Positions 58,354-64,000 of a stretch of 64,000 bases of DNA are shown piece after piece. Position numbers and translations under genes: made by a program. Each line of letters starts with the position of its first letter. The stretch's first letter is position 1. The notes below the pieces were generated by a model, which was not told where the DNA came from, ran no database searches, and saw only the letters and a list, made by a program, of their open reading frames with translations. The DNA lies in the NCBI RefSeq assembly GCF_002087085.1, contig NZ_MWQY01000008.1, forward strand, positions 124,001 through 188,000, given 5' to 3'.

Positions 58354-60678
58354 ATGAACAGAAACACCATATCAAGTATCGAAAAAGCTTTCCTAAAAGA
58401 AACAGGTACGTCTGAAAACTCCCCGGACCCGTCCTATATAGTTGTTGATAATTTTCCTAAACTGGGGCTGTTGACTTCCCTGAGATTTCTGGAGTGGGCT
58501 TCGGAAAACCCCCGGGGAATCATCAGCCTTCCCACAGGAAAGACACCGGAGTATTTTATCAAATGGACGGCACATCTGCTTGATGTCTGGAACGAAAAAC
58601 CGGGGATAGCCGTACGTGAAAAGTACGGGCTCGCCGGTGTAAAAAAACCTGACCTGAGAGGTTTACGCTTCGTTCAAATCGACGAGTTTTATCCCATTAA
58701 TTCCGGTCAGCACAACAGTTTTTACAATTATGTAGTCAACTATTATATCAAAGGTTTTGGCCTGAATATGGATAATGCTCTGCTGATTAATTCAGACGAG
58801 ATTCCCCTCGCGGAAGGCAAACATTATTCAGAGATCTTTCCGGACCTGCGGGTCGATCTTTCTCTGCGGTATCGGGAATGCAGGAGCTCGCTGGAACAAT
58901 TACAGCAGCGATCGATATTCATGATCGATCAGTGGTGCAGTGATTATGAGAAACGGATACGTGATTTGGGAGGCCTGGGATTTTTTATGGGCGGCATCGG
59001 ACCTGACGGCCATATCGCTTTCAACACCCGCGGGTCCGATCAGTATTCCACCACACGATTGACAGAGACTAATTTCGAAACCCAGGCGGTGGCAGCCTCC
59101 GACCTGGGAGGGATTGAGATCTCTTCCAACAGGCTGGTAATCACCATCGGTCTGGAAACCATCACCTGCAATCCGGACACGGTGGCTATTATCATTGCAG
59201 CAGGCGAAGCTAAAGCCGGAATCGTGAAAAACTCTATCGAGAGCCCCATAAACAATATTTATCCGGCCACAGTCCTTAAAAGACTGCACAACAGCAGGTT
59301 TTACCTGACCAAAGGGGCCGCATCGAAACTCAGCGACACGATGGACGCCTACTATGGAGAAGGAGACTGGAACCCGGAAAAATCCGACAGAGCAGTCGTT
59401 GATCTATGCAGAAAGAATAATTCCTATGGCCATCATATATCCATCGAAGATCTGCGGCATGATCGGTATTGTCGTCACATACCTTCACTGGACAAGAACA
59501 CAGTGCCTTCGGTTCAGAAGAGTATCATCGAAAAAATAGAGCGGGGACTGGGACAGGAAAAAAACCAGGTATTCCTCCATACCGGACCGCACCACGACGA
59601 TATCATGCTGGGGATACTGCCCTACATAGCAACCCATATCAGCGAAACATCCAACCAGTTCCATTTTTCAATCCTGACGTCCGGGTTCACCGCTGTAACA
59701 AATCAGTTTATCATCACCGCACTCACCGACACGATCAGTTTCATTGACGACGGACTTATCCAGATGATAGCCTATCCCGATTTTTTTAAAGTCGGGTATA
59801 AACATAAATGGGACAAGGATGTATATCACTATCTTACCAAGGTAGCTGCCGGGGAAGAGTACGAACTGCGTCGCGGCCTGTGTCACCGAATCGTACGGGC
59901 AGTGGTGGAAATATACAGCATTAAAGACGCAGAGCACCTTAGAGAAACACTGAAGAATGTCATCCATCTCTTACAAAACAGCTACGACGGGGAGAAGAAC
60001 CCTCCTGAAATACAAAAACTGAAGGGTATGCTGCGGGAATTCGAGGAGGAACTGGTCTGGGCGCATTTCGGCGTGCAGGTAAAAAATGTTCATCACCTCA
60101 GGCTGGGATTCTATACCGGAGATATGTTCACCGAACAGCCCGAACAGAGTCGTGACGTGGCCCCCATTCTGGACATGTTGAAAGAGATTCATCCCACGGT
60201 CATCAGCCTGGCCTTCGATCCCGAAGGCAGCGGTCCCGATACACATTACAAAGTACTGCAGGCCATCGCCGCCGCACTACGCGAATGGAGCAAGAAAGAG
60301 GACCTTTCCGACCTTCGGATCTGGGGCTATCGTAACGTATGGTACAGGTTTCATCCCGCAGAGGCTGACTGCATCATTCCGGTTTCCCTCGATGAGATGG
60401 CAGTAATGGACAGCCTGTTTAGCAATTGTTACCTCAGCCAGGTAGATGCATCGTTCCCCAGCCACGAGCTTAACGGGAAGTTCAGCCATCTGTCACAGAA
60501 AATATGGGTCGAACAGTTAAAAGATATTCAACTGCTCCTTGGAAAAGACTACTTCTATCAGAATGAGAACCCGAAAATCCGTTCAAGTCATGGAATGATC
60601 TTCCTCAGGGAGATGAACCTGGAGGAGTTCCTGACATACGCCCGCAAGTTGGAAAAATCCATCGACGGAAATTTCTGA
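58354..60678 (+). CDS. nagB: Glucosamine-6-phosphate deaminase fused to a PIG-L-like deacetylase domain
   Basis: LPTGKTPE, QIDEFY, GGIGPDGHIAFN; second domain GPHHDDIMLG, DPEGSGPDTH; start uncertain (58342 or 58354). Confidence 0.8.
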   Translation: MNRNTISSIEKAFLKETGTSENSPDPSYIVVDNFPKLGLLTSLRFLEWASENPRGIISLPTGKTPEYFIKWTAHLLDVWNEKPGIAVREKYGLAGVKKPDLRGLRFVQIDEFYPINSGQHNSFYNYVVNYYIKGFGLNMDNALLINSDEIPLAEGKHYSEIFPDLRVDLSLRYRECRSSLEQLQQRSIFMIDQWCSDYEKRIRDLGGLGFFMGGIGPDGHIAFNTRGSDQYSTTRLTETNFETQAVAASDLGGIEISSNRLVITIGLETITCNPDTVAIIIAAGEAKAGIVKNSIESPINNIYPATVLKRLHNSRFYLTKGAASKLSDTMDAYYGEGDWNPEKSDRAVVDLCRKNNSYGHHISIEDLRHDRYCRHIPSLDKNTVPSVQKSIIEKIERGLGQEKNQVFLHTGPHHDDIMLGILPYIATHISETSNQFHFSILTSGFTAVTNQFIITALTDTISFIDDGLIQMIAYPDFFKVGYKHKWDKDVYHYLTKVAAGEEYELRRGLCHRIVRAVVEIYSIKDAEHLRETLKNVIHLLQNSYDGEKNPPEIQKLKGMLREFEEELVWAHFGVQVKNVHHLRLGFYTGDMFTEQPEQSRDVAPILDMLKEIHPTVISLAFDPEGSGPDTHYKVLQAIAAALREWSKKEDLSDLRIWGYRNVWYRFHPAEADCIIPVSLDEMAVMDSLFSNCYLSQVDASFPSHELNGKFSHLSQKIWVEQLKDIQLLLGKDYFYQNENPKIRSSHGMIFLREMNLEEFLTYARKLEKSIDGNF

Positions 60679-60881
60679 GCATGTACAAACCAGGACATCG
60701 CGGACTATCAGCTGACCACATCCTTTACAGTTTCAACTCATCCTTACAGGTCATGATATCCCAGACCTTCCGGTCCTTCGTATCTGCATAACCGTCTATA
60801 TCTTCAGATTTGAGCCATTGAGAGGGACCCAGGCGGAATGTAACGGGCTGCGCTTCCCATATTCTGCACTCAGCCTCATTC

Positions 60882-61361
60882 TCAAAGCACTTTGACGTAG
60901 AGACACCTGTCATCGCCATCGTCATAATAATCCTTCTGCACCGCTTCCAGGATATAACCCTGTTTTTCATGAAATCTGCGGGTGGGGGCATAGAGCATGC
61001 TCGAGGAGGTTTCGATATATGTCTTCCTTCCCCCGAGCGTTCTTATGTGGTCTTCGGTCTGTTCAAGCAGCATCCCGCCGATACCCCTTCCCCTGAGCCT
61101 GTCATCGACGGCAATCCAGTAGATGTCCCAGCGGTTGAGGGTCATCGGTATGGGGCCGTAGCAGATATACCCGGTAAGACGGCTTTTTTCCCGAGCGGTC
61201 ATGAAATAGTAGCCGCTTTCATCGCCCTTTTTCAGTGCTTCCTGCACCAGCTCCAATGCCACATCGATCTCCCGGGCTTGAAAATAACCCGAGGATTCGA
61301 GAACTTCCCGTATCCGTTCGTCATCACCGGGAAGGAGCTCTTTCCTGATTACGATATTCAT
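60882..61361 (-). CDS. GNAT family N-acetyltransferase
   Basis: YWIAVD..RGRGIGG.LL, IETSS..Y..TR.F. Confidence 0.88.
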   Translation of the reverse strand: MNIVIRKELLPGDDERIREVLESSGYFQAREIDVALELVQEALKKGDESGYYFMTAREKSRLTGYICYGPIPMTLNRWDIYWIAVDDRLRGRGIGGMLLEQTEDHIRTLGGRKTYIETSSSMLYAPTRRFHEKQGYILEAVQKDYYDDGDDRCLYVKVL

Positions 61362-62374
61362 CTTGTCCCACCCGAAGATGCTACAATCCGTTCAATCATC
61401 TCTTGGTATGATACACCCGCTTTCGCAGCCGCTTCAGGAAAACCCGCTCCGGGAGAAATGCAGGGGTTCGCGTTGACCTCCAGGACATGGGGCTGTCCCG
61501 TTTCATCCATCCGGAAATCAACCCGGGCATACCCGTTCAGACTGAAGAGGCCTGCGCATTCCCGGGCAATCGCGGTGAGCTGCTGCAGCATGGGATCGTC
61601 GTCGGAACCGAAATCAAAACTACGCAAGGAGTTCTGATACGATTCACAGGATTCATCCCATTTCGCTCTGTAATCGAGAAAAGGATTGTGCTCATCTTTC
61701 CCGCTGTAGATGATCTCAGAAGGAGGGAGAACCTCCCATGAGTCTTTTCCGTCGGAGAGAAGGGCGATATTTATCTCCCGACCAGACAGAAACCGCTCGG
61801 CGAAAAAACCCCTTCCCGACGCCGCGAGGAGTTCATCGAGTTCTTCTTCCCGGGAGACCTCGACAACGGAATCCGAGGTCAAACCTGCCGAGCCGTGTTC
61901 CCACACAGATTTGACAATGTACCGCCCCGGGAAAAAAGTGCCTGCAGCAAGCCCGCCGGCCTCATACCAGAAGGGAGTCGGAATCCCCTGTCGAAGCATC
62001 ATCCTTTTTGAAATTATCTTGTGAGAGGTCAGGTAGAGAGCATCCGCGCTGCAGCCCGTGTAGGGAATACCCTCCTGTTCAAGGATGTGGGGAAAGAGCG
62101 ATATGAACCGGCCTTCTCCCGCAGAAGGGTCGAAAAGATTAAAAATCAGACTGCCCCGGTGTGTTCCCAGGGTTCTCCGGAATTCAACCAGGTTCATGTC
62201 GGCCTCGAGTTCCCGGGTTTCATACCCGAGCTCTTCCAGTGCGGTGCTTACCGTTTCCGCCTGGTAGAGGGTATCCTGATCGTCGGCGCCCGCCATGCCG
62301 GCGGGCCGGCAGAAAAGGATTGAGATTTTTCTAGAATTCATGCAGAACGATTTTTCCATTGTGCTCTCTTTCAA
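61358..62374 (-). CDS. D-Ala-D-Ala ligase-like ATP-grasp protein
   Basis: GIPYTG, VKSVWEHGSAG, ERFLSGRE, YARVDFR, LEVNANP; start uncertain. Confidence 0.85.
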   Translation of the reverse strand: MKESTMEKSFCMNSRKISILFCRPAGMAGADDQDTLYQAETVSTALEELGYETRELEADMNLVEFRRTLGTHRGSLIFNLFDPSAGEGRFISLFPHILEQEGIPYTGCSADALYLTSHKIISKRMMLRQGIPTPFWYEAGGLAAGTFFPGRYIVKSVWEHGSAGLTSDSVVEVSREEELDELLAASGRGFFAERFLSGREINIALLSDGKDSWEVLPPSEIIYSGKDEHNPFLDYRAKWDESCESYQNSLRSFDFGSDDDPMLQQLTAIARECAGLFSLNGYARVDFRMDETGQPHVLEVNANPCISPGAGFPEAAAKAGVSYQEMIERIVASSGGTR

Positions 62375-63437
62375 GGGCGGAAGTCATGATCTCCCTGATC
62401 AGCGCTTCATAGCTTATCCCTGAAAGACGACACAGGATCGGCAGATCGGAATCGACAGGATGAAGACCGGCGAGGGGATTTACCTCGATAAAACTGGGCC
62501 GGTTCTCCGCATCCAGCCGCAGGTCGATCCTGCCTCCGTCCCTGCACCCCAAAGCTCTCCAGGCGGCAAGTGCAAGGTCCTTGCATGCTTCTCCCAGCTC
62601 CCCATTAACCAGGGAATACTCAACCAGTTCACGGTAGTTTTTTTTCGTTTCATATGAGTAAACCACCCCCGACGACTCTCCCTGAAAAACCACTTCCATC
62701 GGCGTCAGCGCTCTTGCCCTATCGCCGGTACCGAGGACCCCCACGGTAAATTCCCGGCCGGGAAGAAAGGTCTCCACGAGAACGGGCTGCCGGAATTCGA
62801 CCAAAAGATCGCTGCAGAGCTCCCGCAGTTCCCCTTCATTGTGAACCAGAGATCTGCTGCTGATTCCCTTACCGGTTCCCTCCGCGGCAGGCTTCACGAA
62901 CAGTGGGAAAGCGAGGGAATGCCCGTCCAGGTCCGAAAGGGTTTTAACCACGATGAAATCGGGAGTCGCTATCCCCAAATTTTTAAGAATGTGCTTCGCT
63001 ATCCCCTTGTGGAGGGTGATTCCGAGAACCAGCGGATCAGAAAAGGTATAGGGGATTCGATAGGCATCCAGGAGGGCGGGTATCTGGGCCTCTCTCCCCA
63101 GACCGTGCATGCCTTCAGAGATATTGAAAACAATATCCCATCGTTCACCCGCGGCGAGCTTTCCGACGAGGGATTCAATTCCTCCTATCCGGACCGGGGC
63201 ATAGCCCAAAGTGCGCAGGCTTTGCTCCAGGGCATCGATTGTTTCAGGAGAATCCAGTTCCGCCGTCTCTTCCGGACTGTAATTCCTCGCAAGGTATTCC
63301 GCCTGCAGGTCGTAGGTGAGACCTACGCACAGTTTTTCCGGTCTTCTCTTCTCAGAGCCTTCCGACCAGAAGTCTGTAGAACTGATATCTATCGGCCTAG
63401 AGGCTGTCGTCAGGATACTCATAGGTTTTCCCTTCAT
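62331..63437 (-). CDS. D-Ala-D-Ala ligase-like ATP-grasp protein
   Basis: FNISEG..G.GREAQ.PA, VKPAAEGTGKGI, RDGGRID.R, EVNPLAGL; start uncertain. Confidence 0.88.
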   Translation of the reverse strand: MKGKPMSILTTASRPIDISSTDFWSEGSEKRRPEKLCVGLTYDLQAEYLARNYSPEETAELDSPETIDALEQSLRTLGYAPVRIGGIESLVGKLAAGERWDIVFNISEGMHGLGREAQIPALLDAYRIPYTFSDPLVLGITLHKGIAKHILKNLGIATPDFIVVKTLSDLDGHSLAFPLFVKPAAEGTGKGISSRSLVHNEGELRELCSDLLVEFRQPVLVETFLPGREFTVGVLGTGDRARALTPMEVVFQGESSGVVYSYETKKNYRELVEYSLVNGELGEACKDLALAAWRALGCRDGGRIDLRLDAENRPSFIEVNPLAGLHPVDSDLPILCRLSGISYEALIREIMTSALEREHNGKIVLHEF

Positions 63438-64000
63438 AATTTCTTAGAGTCAGTTTTCCGTTAACCGTTCCCTGAATGTAGTCAGGACTAATAGGAATCT
63501 TTCCGCCTCCCCCAGGAGCATCTATGACGTAGTGGGGGACCGCGTATCCCGAGGTAAAACCCCTGAGGCTGCGGATGAGCTCTATCCCCTCTCTCACGGT
63601 GGTCCTGAAATGGGCCGAACCTGCAATGGGATCGCACTGGTAGAGATAGTAGGGCCTGACCCTGATTATCATCAGCTTATGGAAGAGATTCATCAGGGTC
63701 TCTGAATTATTATTGACCCCCTTGAGAAGAACGGTCTGACTGCCCAGGGGAATTCCAGCGTCCGCCAGACGACTGCAGGCTTCGCTCGACTCCGGAGTGA
63801 TCTCATCAGGATGTGTTGCGTGAATACTCATCCACAGCGGATGGTACTTTTTCAGCATCCTGACAAGGGATTCCGTAATCCGCTGGGGCAGGACCATTGG
63901 GACCTTCGTTCCCAGCCGTATAATTTCCACATGCGGAACTGCCCTCAGACTACTCAGAAGATACTCGAGGCTCTTCTCGGGCAAGGTCAATGGATCTCCG
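63397..64000 (-). CDS. KamA/lysine 2,3-aminomutase family radical SAM protein (5' end outside window)
   Basis: GDPL, RLGTK.P...PQRIT, QTVLLKGVN, PYYLYQCD, DAPGGGGK. Confidence 0.88.
   Translation of the reverse strand, partial: GDPLTLPEKSLEYLLSSLRAVPHVEIIRLGTKVPMVLPQRITESLVRMLKKYHPLWMSIHATHPDEITPESSEACSRLADAGIPLGSQTVLLKGVNNNSETLMNLFHKLMIIRVRPYYLYQCDPIAGSAHFRTTVREGIELIRSLRGFTSGYAVPHYVIDAPGGGGKIPISPDYIQGTVNGKLTLRNYEGKTYEYPDDSL

Noticed and set aside
60725..60991. 88-aa minus-strand ORF after the GNAT gene
   Set aside because: Overlaps GNAT and has no RBS or recognisable motif; a remnant cannot be excluded

Overview
GC-rich bacterial chromosome segment, probably from an anaerobic free-living spirochaete (inferred from gene content, not proven). 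In order it holds: a sugar-acid TRAP/SDR/epimerase cluster; an AT-richer TRAP + L-tartrate dehydratase (ttdAB) + GntR module; transketolase + GntR; an uncharacterised gene + membrane-anchored LuxR + orphan TIR-like gene trio; an AT-richer type I restriction-modification island (hsdM, rhuM-like, kilA-N, hsdS, DUF1016, GxxExxY, hsdR); Mo/W-cofactor biosynthesis and tupABC, each behind a Moco-motif riboswitch; alr, arcA, a 2-oxoacid:ferredoxin oxidoreductase-buk-ptb operon; an MCP with a rhodanese lipoprotein; a NagB/PIG-L fusion; and a KamA-like radical SAM + two Ddl-like ATP-grasp + GNAT cluster cut by the window edge. The most striking unexplained structure is in the R-M island. Seven ~70-bp palindromes built from 9-bp units, plus two half copies, punctuate the operon around a GxxExxY nuclease-fold gene. 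Six sit directly behind copies of the hsdS 3' tail. Each intergenic element is spanned in the same frame by a stop-free mini-ORF that overlaps the neighbouring stop and start codons, giving a nearly continuous translational relay from hsdM to hsdR. One half-element is inserted in frame into the central spacer region of HsdS. All family calls are from motif recognition by eye; no searches were run.
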